Shown in pieces: positions 50,863 to 64,000 of a stretch of 64,000 nucleotides of DNA. Made by a program: the position numbers and the translations under genes. The notes beneath the pieces were generated by a model. That model made no database searches. It was not told the origin of the DNA and saw only the letters and a program-made list of their open reading frames with translations. The DNA comes from the human T2T-CHM13v2.0 reference genome, Homo sapiens, in assembly GCF_009914755.1 (NCBI RefSeq), contig NC_060948.1. One strand, given 5' to 3'. Every line of letters begins with the position of its first letter. Positions within the stretch are counted from its first letter, which is position 1.

Positions 50863-51829
50863 TAAGTTAATCATTTGAAAGGTTTTCTTGTGCTGTAACA
50901 TTTAGCATGACTTCTCACCAAGTTCATGTAGCCAAGGGATGGAATCACCCAGAGTAACAGCTTTATTGCTCAGAAACCTTATTTTTTAAAACCAGAAAAA
51001 TGTAAAAAACAAGCAGATTATAATTCTACACGTTCTTCACCTTTAATATAGTTTAATTTCTTGTTGAGATAAGGAATATTGCCATATGTTTAATAGAAAT
51101 TCTAAAATATTAAAACCAACATGAACACTTTTCATATGTCACAATGTGTGGAGCATGGTAGACTGTATTTTTTTTTTTTTTTTTGGACTGGGGCACTTTT
51201 GTGATAGAATTTACTAAGTGATGCTTGTGATGCTTTTAAAACATGGCTTCATCTAATTCCAGTGAAGTGCATATTATCAGAATCCACAGTATTTTGAATT
51301 ACCAGTGTGCCAAGATTTCTGACTGCTTTGCTACCCAGTCACAATTTTCCTTGAAAGCAGTAAGGCTCGTAGTTTATTTCTATGTTATTTTAAAGTGTTT
51401 GTTGTTAGAGGTAGGGTTTACTGAAGATATAAGCTCCTTCCGATTTTAAATAATTCATACAATTTTTTTCATTCAATATAATATCTCTATGCCCATTGTT
51501 GGAAACAATAGGATATGAAGTGTGTTGCACAGTGTGAGGAACAGCAATTCGTTTGTTTGAACTGGTTAGAATATACTATGTTTTTATCTTTTTATAGTAT
51601 GTAAACATTAGCATTGAACATTATGAATGCCAAATGCAGTCTACATTAGTCAAGACCTATAAATACACTATCAGGGCTACTGATATTGGTACATTGTAAT
51701 CCAACTATGTCATGGGCCTTCCTATTTGGCCTATTGTTATTTGCAGTCTACATTTCTCTCCAGGCCTAGACTTAGATTTGGGAATTTCTGTTCCTTAAAG
51801 AGTACAAAAGAAATAAGTGTAGATTAATT

Positions 51830-52820
51830 CTATTCCTGCTTTACTGCTGCACCTCTATAAGGTTGCCATCTCAAGTGAATACATCATGATGTCCTGGTTC
51901 TAATCACCTTCCAATCATCCTGGAGAGGATTCTTCAAATGGGAACCAACATGTCCTTTTTTAATGTACCCCTTAAATTTGTACTATTAAGAAGATGCCAG
52001 GATGTGACTCAGCCCATTGAAAGTCCATGTGTCACATACAGGCTTCTGTTTGAAAGTCCAGTTTTCTATTGTTCACATGGCCAGGACGTTGATTACTATT
52101 TACTACTCATGAATTCAAACAATTGCCTTTATAAATCATGGTTTAATGTTTTTAATCCTTTATTTAAAAAGAAAAAAAACAGCATGCAGTTCAATCATTG
52201 AGGTAATTTGCTCATTCCATCTTCAATTGGTCTTTTTATTTCTGGTCTCTGTGAAAGCCTGCCAACAGGACATTGTTCATCCACCTTGAAACGGCCATTC
52301 ATCAACCAAGCAGGTTGTTGTTGTCAATAGGGAGCTCTTCAAAGGGCATTGCCCATGTGACAGTGGGATCCAGTAATTCCTGAGGTGGTTCCAGACTACA
52401 TGCTAGAAAATTCCCTACTACCTGCTCTTGAACAGGATGAGCAACTCCTTGCACTTCCCTGGTAACGTTTTTCTCCTATAAAGCCATTTTTTATGTTATC
52501 TTGGAAGTGTTCTGAGCACTTCCTCATTAGACTGTTTCCTTACTTTGCCCAACACGTTATAGGTGTTGCAAGTTTTATAATTATTTTATGGTCTTCAGTC
52601 AAAGAAGCAGGCAAGGCAAGCTAGTAATTATCTTTCCAATGGCACGTATTATTTCATGGCATCCAGGAGTGCCCTGGACCACAATTTCCAGCTAATGCTG
52701 AAGAGGGGCATGTGTGGGTTTTCTCTCATCACCTTAGTCTGCCCAAGAACATGTGCCAGTACTTCTAAAATCAGAATTTGGATCACAAAGCCCCAACGTG
52801 TGGAGAGAAAGAGCTTTTTA
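51830..52820 (-). mobile_element. ERVL-class pol (RNase H region) remnant
   Basis: Minus strand gives TWAMPFEELPID, a QQPAWLMNG segment (cf. AWFTDGS) and a Q*-ELHAV segment (cf. AQWAELHAV), with stops and frameshifts. Confidence 0.6.
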
Positions 52821-52879
52821 CAATTCAGAAGTGGACAGCTTTAGTGAAATTTCTTATTTAAATAGACCATTATTTATTG

Positions 52880-53320
52880 TTTCTTTAAATTGATGCATTA
52901 TAATTTTACCTATTTACAAAGTAGAACTATTATTTTGATACATGCACACAATGAGCAATGAGCAAATTTTTAAATGGCTTATTGGTAATTGGTATATTAG
53001 TCATTTCAGACATATATGACATATTTGTTTCAAGAACTTTCCAAATCTAAACTTCTAGTTATTTTGAAATCTGTAATAAGTTATTCATACCTATAGTCTC
53101 CCTTCTATACAATCAAACTTTAGGACCTATTCCTTCTAACTTTATTTTTTACACATTAACTAGCTCACTTATTTGTTTGCTCAATGTCTTTCACAGCCTG
53201 TAATAATATGTCATGCTATTCTCTACCTCCATGAGATGAAATTTGTTATTTCTGAGATATGAATAAAAACATGCAATCCTTGTCCTTTATATTTTTTGGC
53301 TAGTTTCACTTAATACTTGT
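52880..53320 (-). mobile_element. L1MA-like 3' end
   Basis: 'ctattctctacctccatgagat', 'tttttggctagtttcacttaata'. Confidence 0.65.
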
Positions 53321-54582
53321 CCTTTAAATGAAGGCTTTTTTCTGACTAATGTTTAGTTAATGTATTGAGGTTTTTATACAACTGAAATAAGCACTCACCT
53401 AAAATTTCTCTTAACTGTTGCCAAAACTCTCTGGGTACATAGGATTGCAGTTTGAAAACGGCTAAATGAACAAAGATGTCTTGAAGGTGTCCTAGGACAT
53501 TAATATTGTACGATTTTCTATCTCCTGTCTTACTTAACTCTGGTTTGTCTTCAAATTAATAAAAATATTCTAGTAAATTATCTTGGGGATCAACATTAAA
53601 GACCAAAAAAAAAAAAAAAAAATCAGTAATGCACTAGTTTAACTTTATAAATATAAGGAAAAAAGTTGAAACAAATACCAAAAGTTACTGAATAAAATGA
53701 AATACATTTTTATACTCTTAATTTTAAAAGCACTTTATTTACTTTTTATTTTTTACTATTATTGCTTATTTGAAACATGAACTGTTATAACTGGGTTCAC
53801 GGAGAAGTTATCATAAAAGAGTAGCAAAGAAATAACATACACTGCAGGTAATATAAAATAGTAAAATTTTGTCAAGTATGCAGGAGTGAAGACAAATGAG
53901 TCCTCTTCTACTTTGGGGGAATACGTTACATAGGGTTTGTAAGATGGATTCAGTATCTTTTTTGAGAATAATGCATTTTCCAAATTACATAAGATTATTT
54001 ACTTGAGGAGATCAGTATTATTAAGACTCAATAAATATGCCTATTAACCGTAGTTGTGGAAGGAATGAGAGCATAGACAGAAGCTCTAAAATCAAAACAT
54101 GATTGTAGCCATAGAGCAAAATACAGTTGGTTTACAAGTGTCTGAGAGGTTTCTGTATGCTTTTCATTGTGTCTTAGGTTTGTGATGAAGAAATAAACAA
54201 TGCCCAGTTCCTGCCCTGGAGAAGCTCATTGCATAGAAAAAGGAAAAAGGCAGATATACATGCCACAGTACAGTGCTGAGACAACATAAATCACAAGCAA
54301 CCAAGTACAAAGGTAAGATATGTAATTTGAAATTTTATATTCTGTTTCTATTGCTTCTTGCTGTTGTGAGTAGCCATCTCTATATGTGTTAAATTCAACA
54401 CCCTAGGGGTAACACGGACTATGGTACCAGAACTTACATTCCAATTTTTCTTCCAATAGTGGCTGTTAACCAAGTATTGGTGAATATCCTATATGAAGAT
54501 TCTGCTAAAAGTAAAGCTACCCTGACTGCGATGCATGGATGATACAATTTACTGCGTCTAGGAAAGAGAAAGAAAGTGTGTG

Positions 54583-54973
<391 letters not shown>

Positions 54974-55588
54974 TTATAGGAAAACCATTTACTACAGTTA
55001 AACTAGACTGATTTTTAAATTTACCTTCTGTCGATATCTATACAAAAAGTAAAATAATAATAATAAAGGGCTTGAGCATAAACATTACCAAAATTTATGT
55101 ATTCCATGTTCACTTATTTGGAGGTATATCCTAAATAGGTGATCTGCTGACCTAACTTCTTTACGCTTTATTATAAAATGAATACTTTTCATAGGCAGTG
55201 TGATCATAATTCTTAACTAATATTTTTTACAAATTCACATAGCATAATATGAAGAACAAATTTGTTTCTTTAGCAGAAAAAGCTTTCATTTGGGAAAAAT
55301 ATAGAGAGAATTTTAAAAATAAGCACAGCTTCTGAAATGCAAATAATATAAATATGTCAGTTATAGTATCTCAGAGATTTTAGCTATATTATGAAAACAT
55401 ACTTCCTACATGATTATTTTAAAGCACAATAATTTCAGAGACAAAAGAGTAGCTGCTATCAGAATCTTCAAACACAGTAACAGAAATTAATAATTAGAAT
55501 TTACCTCACCGTTCTGCTTCTCATCTTCAAAAAATCATTGTCTATATTTTTACCTATGCATTCAATTGCGAGAACACTGCTTCCAGTG

Positions 55589-55590
<2 letters not shown>

Positions 55591-55675
<85 letters not shown>
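55591..55675 (+). repeat. (AT)n(GT)n microsatellite inside a USP9Y pseudo-exon
   Basis: Directly visible; flanked on both sides by contiguous USP9 coding homology. Confidence 0.95.
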
Positions 55676-55677
<2 letters not shown>

Positions 55678-57227
55678 GCTGCTGGATCACAAAATTCATG
55701 TGATAGGTGGCACCAGCAGTTTGAGTCCCACAAATATTTCTGGTGGGTGAGATCTAACAGAGTGCAGATATTCCCCCTGAAAAAGTGCTTCACAACCTGA
55801 GATAACAAGAAAAAATAGTGCTTGTACTATGAAAATAATAACTCTGCCTACTCTTCTTTCCGTCAAGTGACAAATTAATATTAACAACAACTCATTTATC
55901 AACACTGCCGTTTTGAAAGAGTACTTTAGATTTTTATATTAACAACAAATCAAGTGACTATTATAGATTTTTAACTTCAGACCCTTTAGGTCCATATTTT
56001 AATGACATAACATCTGTTTGTTTAAAAAGGAAAGTATTTGTTTAAAAAAACCTCTTTTGAATATACATATAACTATGTCAATTCAATTGTTAAATAAATT
56101 AACATACAAAGTGTTTTTAAAAAGAAAACTCTTCTCTCTACATGGTTGCCACAAGACAAATAAAGATCTGATCTTTTAAGCAGTGAGTTTAGTACAAAAC
56201 TCCTACAATGTGCTAGAAAATATGCTCACACAGAGAAAAACATAAATATAATTTCACATTTATCAATTAAAGTTATGTACAGAATGCTGTTGTTAATTGT
56301 ATTCTAAAACCTCAGTTTTCTCTTGAAATAAACTAAATTTTGTTATCATTTGTTAATTTACTTATATTACCTCCCACCCTGAGTTTCAGTTCCATGTAAG
56401 ATTTGAACATTGCTACTTACTTTGCTGTACTGACGTGGATATTTAGAAGTAATACAATGCACCCCAAAGTTCTCTTCTCGTATTATGAAAGTGGGTTTCA
56501 TTGAATTACTTTCAAAGTAAACTATTATTAATGAAGAAAAACAGCTTTATAATTTAAAAACTCACTAGTTACTGCTTTGTCTATGTAATATATTGCATTC
56601 AATCAGTCTACTATCTTTCTGAGGTTCTTTCCACAGCCCATAGCTAGTGCCACAAGTAGATCAAAACCAGGATTGATGGCAATGGTAGAGCTACAGACTG
56701 GAAGAGCTGGCTCTGCTGGCAGTTCTTTACTTCTTAAATACTACAGTTAAACTTGATGCAGGGAAGAGAACAACATCAATTAATTCCTAGTAAGTTAGAA
56801 AAAGAAATCACATGTTATTAGTAGAAAACATATGTTAAGAAAAATATGTCTTTTCAAGAAAATACTTTTATGTTTATTTGACATAAACATCTCATTATAT
56901 CTTGAAACAATTTTGGATTGTGTTCCAAAGAAAAATCATTTAAAAAAAACCGAGGACAATCAATAAATGTAATTCATTTCCAAAATTAGATTTTTGAAGA
57001 AATTTCTAAAACTTGAGAGTTTTACCCAAAAGAAAAATAACATTCTAAATTAACCTACTCTTTTAATTACACATTAATGGAAGTAAATTTATTTTCAAAA
57101 AAAGAAAATGCATTAAAATTACGTTATTTTTCTTGAATTATGAGACATATAAACAAAGTCATCAAAAAGATGATATAAAAATAAGTTTTTGCAAGATGGA
57201 TGTTTTCTCAATTAGAAATTCAATCAA

Positions 57228-57500
57228 GGACAAGGCATGGTGACTCATACCTGTAATTTCAGCACTTTTGGAGGCGAAGGCAGGGAGCATACTTGAAGCC
57301 AAGAGCTTGAGACAGGCCTGGCCAATATGGTCAAATCCCATCAGGTGTGGTGGTGCTCACCTTTAATTTCAGCTAATCAAGAAGCTGAGGCAGAATAATC
57401 ACTTGAAACTGGGAAGCAGGGGGTTGCAGTGTGCCAAGATTGCACTGCTATACTCCAGCCAAAGACACAATGTGAGATTCCTTTATAAAAATAAAAGAAA
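57228..57500 (+). mobile_element. Diverged Alu with deleted central linker
   Basis: Left monomer joins the right monomer at 'aaatcccatcaggtgtggtgg'. Confidence 0.8.
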
Positions 57501-57689
57501 ATAAATTAAATCAATTAAGAATTGAGATATACTGCTTATTTACTTTTCAATGCAGTTTGTGGCAACTCTGAACTGCAATTACAAAAATGTCTTAAATAAA
57601 GCGCAGCACACATTTCAAAGTTACTATAACCTCACCTCTGCAGAAAGAAAGCTTTTTATTTTTAAATGCTGCTCCTCTTCCTGTGTCTA

Positions 57690-58105
57690 TGTGTCTTTAA
57701 TGTTCAATGTGAACATTGTTGATTGTGAACATGTACTGCTTGTTTTTGTTTTTAATTTCTGTGTTAGTTTGCTGAGGATGATGGCTTCCAGCTTCACCCA
57801 TCTCCCTTCAGAGAACATGATCTCCTTCTTTTATTGGCTGCATATTATTTCATGGTATATATGTGCCATGCTTTCTTTATCCAGTCTGTTACTGATGGGC
57901 ATCTGAGTAATTCAATGCCTTTGCTACTGTAATTAGTGCTGTAACACACATACACATGCACCTATTATTAGAATAGAATGACTTTTTTTTGAAGGGGGGC
58001 TATATACCCAGTAATGAAATAGCTGAGTCATTTGGGTTTAAGCAATTGTCCTGCCTCAGCCTCCTGAGAAGCTGAGACTGCAAGTGCCCGCTACCATGCC
58101 CAGCT
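57690..58105 (-). mobile_element. L1PA 3' fragment fused to an Alu fragment (about 58035-58105)
   Basis: 'gttagtttgctgaggatgatggcttccagc' followed by 'tcctgcctcagcctcctgag'. Confidence 0.75.
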
Positions 58106-58799
58106 CCTTTATCTTTTTAATTATTGTCACATCAAATCTAGAACTAAGCATGTGAAAAGAAAACTAGGTATGAGGAAAATGAAAAGCAAACCACAATGAG
58201 AGATATAAATGTATATTAAATAGAATGGCCTGTAATCAGAAAGAAATGACAGATGTTTGTGAATATATGGAAACATTGGGAAGCACATCCAAATTGCTAG
58301 TGGGAATATAAAGTGAGGTTGCTTCTTTAGAAAACAGTCTGTTTCTTAAATAATTTGAGTACATTTGCATATTTTCCAAAAATCAAGGTGTATTTATGCT
58401 AATTTGTATAGGAATGTTTGTAGTAGCATTAGTCACGATATAAATGTTTCCATCAACTCCTAATGTGGAGGTAGACCTAGGCCGATGCTACCCTTGCCGT
58501 GCATTGGCATCATACGTTCACCTACCATATATCTGATATGATTGATGCAAATCCATATATTCTATAATGAAACCACCAAGATAAAGAATTTAGACAAAAT
58601 ACTGAAACTTTTTTGCCTCAGTATGCCTGGCTTAATAACAGGAAAGAATAGCAAGCCTGTTGCAGAAATCTCAAGCTTAGGAGACCCCAGCATTGTAAAG
58701 AAAGGAAACTCTGCCTTAGAAGGAGGCATTGTCTTTACCTTTCATGGGTGTTTCTTATACATAGCCCCTTGAGGATAATCTGCAACAGAAGGCTGTAAG

Positions 58800-59085
58800 T
58801 CACAAACAGCCTCATACTGTATGAATCCATTTATATGAAGTGTCTGTAATAGGCAAATCCATAGTGACAGAAAACGGCTTATTGGATACCAAGGGCTCTA
58901 GGAAACGGGGAAGCTGGGAGTTAATGGTAATGGGTGCAGAGGTGTTTTCATTTTTTTGATGATGGAAATCTTCTGTATTTAAAAAGTGGTGATGTTTGCA
59001 CACCTTTGTGAATACCCTGAAAAAAAACAGAGTATGTACTTTAAAATGGCTAATGTGATAGTTTGTGAGTTATCTCTCAATTAAA
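58800..59085 (+). mobile_element. L1MB-like 3' end
   Basis: 'ccatttatatgaagtgtctgtaataggcaaatccatagtgacagaaa...tatctctcaattaaaaa'. Confidence 0.7.
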
Positions 59086-59654
59086 AAACTGTTGAAAGCT
59101 TGGTCAAAGTTTTGAGCACTACGAGCCTTAGCAGGAATGTAGATGCAAGTTAAACACGAGACAAAAGTATTGAATGGGCCTCAGTCACATAAAGTGGCAG
59201 AGAAGTGAACAACTGAAAAAACAATGTGAGCTAAACTCAAAATTGGAATTGAATAAGAAAGAATGCTTTCTCCAGTCTACACAGCAAAACTGGGGGAAAT
59301 GGCCATGTAGGTGGATGATGGTTTACTTATAAATAATGCCTAGAAATATGCCCCTAAATGTTAAACCATTTTATATAAGAAGGCGAAACTCAGAATCTAG
59401 AAAGAAGTTGGCAATATCCGTTTTAAATTATAAATTGTGGAGCATACACCTGAAGAATTTAATGTACCTTTTAATCCTTGTTATACATAAATAGAAGCAG
59501 ACAGAATTATCTAGTTTGACAATAAAACCAGCAGGATAAATAATTTAGACAAATTATGTAACTTTTTATTGCTTCAGTCTCCACAGTTTAATAAGAAGAC
59601 CAAATAATAAGTCGTGTTGCAGATATTATGTCTTTGAACCTTTTAGAATAAAGG

Positions 59655-59979
59655 TCATGCCAGGCATGATTACTCACACGTTCAATCAAAACAATTAAGT
59701 GTGGGGGGCCAAGGCGGGTGGACGACCTGAGGCCAGGAGTTTGACATCAGCCTGGCCAACATGGAGAAACCCCGTCTGCATTAAAAATGTCAAAAACAAA
59801 CAAACAAACAAAAAAACTGCCAGTTGGTCTGGGAGGCCCCTGAGTTCCCAGCTACTCAGGAGGCTGACACAGCAGAATTGCTTGAACCCAAGAGGCAGAG
59901 GTGGCAGTGAACTGAGATCCTGTCACTCCAGCTTGAGCAACAGAGCAAGATTTAATCACACTCCACCCCCGGGCCATAA

Positions 59980-60030
<51 letters not shown>
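59655..60030 (+). mobile_element. Diverged Alu followed by a (TAGA)12 STR (about 59981-60029)
   Basis: Alu dimer; the tetranucleotide repeat is directly visible. Confidence 0.85.
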
Positions 60031-60031
<1 letters not shown>

Positions 60032-60049
60032 ATTTAAGTGCAAATATAT

Positions 60050-61900
60050 CAAGTATTGTTTATGCCAGTTCACCTGACAAAAGACAAAAATCCATGTTCT
60101 GATGGAATTTACATTTTGGCTTTAGTGAAAAGTAGTGACAACAGCTAGTGATTTTATTTTTAAGTAATAAAGATAAGGTTGGTGGGTTCATTTATAAGCA
60201 GGTAAATAGTATAAGCTCAAAGGAGATCTGAGCAAACTTATTGAAACAACAAGGAGTGCAAAACCTCTGAAGTTGTAGCCTACACTGAGGCTCAGAACAA
60301 GAAAGAGGACGGTAGAAGAAGATAAGCAAAATATAAGAAGAAGAAAATAATATGCAGTGGTTTATTACATTATAAAGACCATGGTTTTATCTTAGGACAA
60401 AGGGAAGCTGGGATTGAATGCTAATAGGTAGATTTACTTTTTAAGGTAAGGACAAATAGTGATGGTTGCATAACGTTGAGAATATCGTGAAAATCACTGA
60501 ATTTGTACTTTACAATGGCTAATTTTATAGTATCTGAGCTATAACTCACATAGTTGTAATAGTGTAATAGTTGTAATAGTGGAAGATAGGAGATCACTAA
60601 AGAGGCTGAGTTAATCAGATGGGAAATGTGGATGACCTGTATCTGGGTGACAGCAGGAGAAACAGGGAAAAGTGGTGAGATTCGGGACCCGTTTTAAAAG
60701 GAAAACATGCAGAATTTGGGGATTAATAGAAATGATGAGATGTAAAGAAAAGCATCACTGTTGACCTTACAGTTTTAGGCCTTTGCAGCGGGATGTAATT
60801 ACTATCAGGTGAAATGGGAAACACCTGGGGAAAGTTTTTTGGCAGGAGCATCAGAATTCAGTGTGTAGCCTTGAGATCAAATTGTCTGTTAAACATGAGT
60901 ATGTGCATTAGAGTCATCCATGATTTGGGCTTTAGTAAGAGACTGGCTGGAGATAACAATCTGGGACTCAGTACCATTTAGAAATCCATGGTACTGAAGA
61001 GATAACTGGGAGATTGAGAGTAAACTCACTAGGAATAGTTCAAAGAAGAGACAAACTAAGAAATAGTTGTTACATTTGGCCAGGACTGGTGGCTCACACC
61101 TCCAATGGCAGCACTTTGGGAGCCTGAGGCAGGCAGACGGCTTGATCCCAGGAATCAAGACCAGCCTGGGATACAAGGAGAGGCCGTGTTTCTACCAAAA
61201 TTAGCTAGTCTGGGTGGCCTGTAGTCACAGTCACCCTGGAGGCTGCAGTGGAAAGATCGCTTGAGCCTGGGAGGTTGAGGCTGCAGTCAGTTCTTGATAA
61301 AGCACTGCACTCCAGCCTGGAGAACAGAGGCAGACCATGTCTCAATAAACACACAAACAACAAAGACAAGAAATTTAAAAAACAAACTATTATATTTGGC
61401 AAAAAGGGAAGCTAATTATTTTAAATATAGTACATTTGGTAGACTGTTGGGGATGAAAGCCTGACTGGTAAAGGTAAGTAGAATTTTCAAATGAGAGTGT
61501 AATATCAATGGTAAAAATATTCACCTGAAATTCAAGGTAAAATTTTAAATTTAGCAATTAGGGTGTCACTGATGACCTTTGAGAAAGGACTATGACTTCA
61601 CTGTTGTGGGATAAAACTTGAGGCAGAATAAGAACTGATGGAAAGGAAATAGCTAATAGAAATTCTCTGTGCAAATTAAAGCAGAGAAAAAGGTCAGTAC
61701 CAAAAGAGACAGTTTTTTTTTGTTGTGGATCATAAAATATGGAGTTTTTTATACATGTGTGATAAGGAAATCAGGGCAGTGAAGAAGAGAATAAAATTAA
61801 TTATGCAAAAGAGGAAAATATCAATCATATTGATGAGTTGGGTCCAGGAGGATGTATTTTAAAATGTGATAAATGTTTTGTCTTTGAATAAATAAGTGCA
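60050..61900 (-). mobile_element. L2-like remnant interrupted by an AluJ (61078-61350, + strand)
   Basis: L2-type motifs 'ggaaaagtggtgagattcggga', 'ggctggagataacaatctggga', 'gtcactgatgacctttgagaa'. Confidence 0.55.
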
Positions 61901-63185
61901 TATAGATAAAGGTGTGATTAGGATCAGAATAATGAACAACAGAAGTTGAGGAATTTAATACTCTGCAGCATAAAACTTAGCAAATTGGAGGAAAGCATAT
62001 TTATGATAAGTTATGAGAATAAAAGCAATGCAAAGAAAGTTCAGGAAATAAACATCTTATCAAATAAAAATAAAATAGTAACTTCTTGATTCTTCCCTTC
62101 CACTTACTTAAACTACTGCTTCTATTTTTCCCATTGTTATATTTTAACAAAAGACCAATGTCTTCTGGGAAAATATTATGTTTTCTCTCTGGTAATTTGC
62201 ATTAGATTCTTACACCTTTCATGCCTTTTTATTATATTAACAACCTTTTTAGTCAGAAAAAGGTTTCTGTTCCAATATTTACTTGAGTTAAAAGTCCTGT
62301 TGCCTTTTCTCTTCCTTCTTATTCATTTTTGTTTAATATTGCTTCCCACACATAATGACTAATTGACCTTGACAGTATATCAGTAATTTCTCTGGCAGTT
62401 TGTCTGCAAAGAACCTAATAAGAGCTATTTCACCCCACCCCTACCCGCCCCCAACAAAATAGAATTTGGATCTTCTATAACCATTCAAATCTGGATTTCA
62501 TATCTATTTAAATTGAAACTTTTCTTGATTAATAACTTCATTAATAACTTGATTAATAACTTCATAACTTTACTTGATTAATAACTTCATAACTTCTGCA
62601 TTAAATCAAGCCAAGAATCAGTATTTTAAATGAAAAATGGCCAACAACTAACAATAAGTGGTACTTAAAGGGCTCACTATTTTCTATTCCTCTCTCAATC
62701 AGAAATACCTGTTAGATACTTTTCTCAGTGTCATCATGGTTAGATTTGGCTTAGACATTGTGCCCTTTTGTTTTAGTTGATGTCAGCAGGAGACACTGGC
62801 TGAAGGTCACAAAAAGGAAACTTAGGAGAAATGTGCACCTTTTTTCTTACTACTTGAAGACAGGACTATCATCTTGGTATTAAGGGGTAGTCAATGCCTC
62901 ATACAAGTTTTATTGTCTATTTCCTTTAAACAATATGTACTGAAGAAATAGTACGTCAAGTTACTGGACATATTGACTGAATTATGTCAAATGCTTTAAT
63001 TGACTAAATTATGTCAAGTCATGGTTTAATATTTCTTAAACAAGACATAGATTTTTAAGTTGTGATTAGTGAGCCGTATTTACTTTTTTATATTTTCCAT
63101 GAACAGTGAATTATACAGAATCTGGTTTTCTTCTGTTTGGATTTGATACTGAGCTATACTGGATTCACTGACAAGAAGAGTTTGA

Positions 63186-63538
<353 letters not shown>

Positions 63539-64000
63539 GTAAGTGACACAAATATCTCTCATTCTCTGTTTCCAAACAGTAAATAGAATATAAATAGTTC
63601 ACGAACAAGATTAAGGAAGTGATAATCATCGTTCCTCTAACTGAAATGCACCCTCTGTTTAGATTTATTTACTTTTCACAATTTTGAAAATTTTCCCATG
63701 CAATTTTTATCAGTCATAAGGTAATGATAGTTTTTTAACAATGCAAATGGGATTAAGTCAGTCGTTTTTTCTGTTCCTTTTAATATTATTCTAATTCAGC
63801 CTCATGGGCATTCCAAATAGTTATGAGGGATAGAAATATAACATTAAATTAAGGGATGAGAGTAGAGTGAGAAGAGAGTATGGCTCAAAATTAATCTCAT
63901 AAATTTTATTTGTCAACTGACGTGATTTAACACGTTAGTGGTAGATTTTCTAGATATCCCTAAATTTGTAGCTATGACTTGGAATATCAAAACATAGCTA

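Overview
This is primate genomic DNA, almost certainly human because it carries a near-consensus AluYa5. It contains no intact protein-coding gene. It is a mosaic of decayed gene fragments whose combination points to the Y-chromosome ampliconic (AZFb/AZFc-type) region; that placement is inferred from known Y pseudogene families, not from a mapping. In order: about 2 kb of degenerate interstitial telomeric repeat (1-2060); a processed ELOC pseudogene; a 20-bp minisatellite with a 319-bp higher-order duplication, followed by a TAR1-like fragment with two CTCF-like motifs 61 bp apart; two L1s joined by a fold-back inversion; an intron-containing OFD1 pseudogene on the minus strand (exons 2-5 and 7-13); a decayed OFD1/TRAPPC2 promoter region; ERV and L1 remnants; two convergent USP9Y pseudogene fragments, one split by a U1 snRNA retrocopy and the other with a mutated catalytic Cys box split by a microsatellite; and the first coding exon of an XKR3/XKRY pseudogene. 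Gene and repeat calls come from manual translation compared with remembered sequences. Exon numbers and repeat subfamilies are approximate. I found no support for a novel functional system. The interest is structural and evolutionary.
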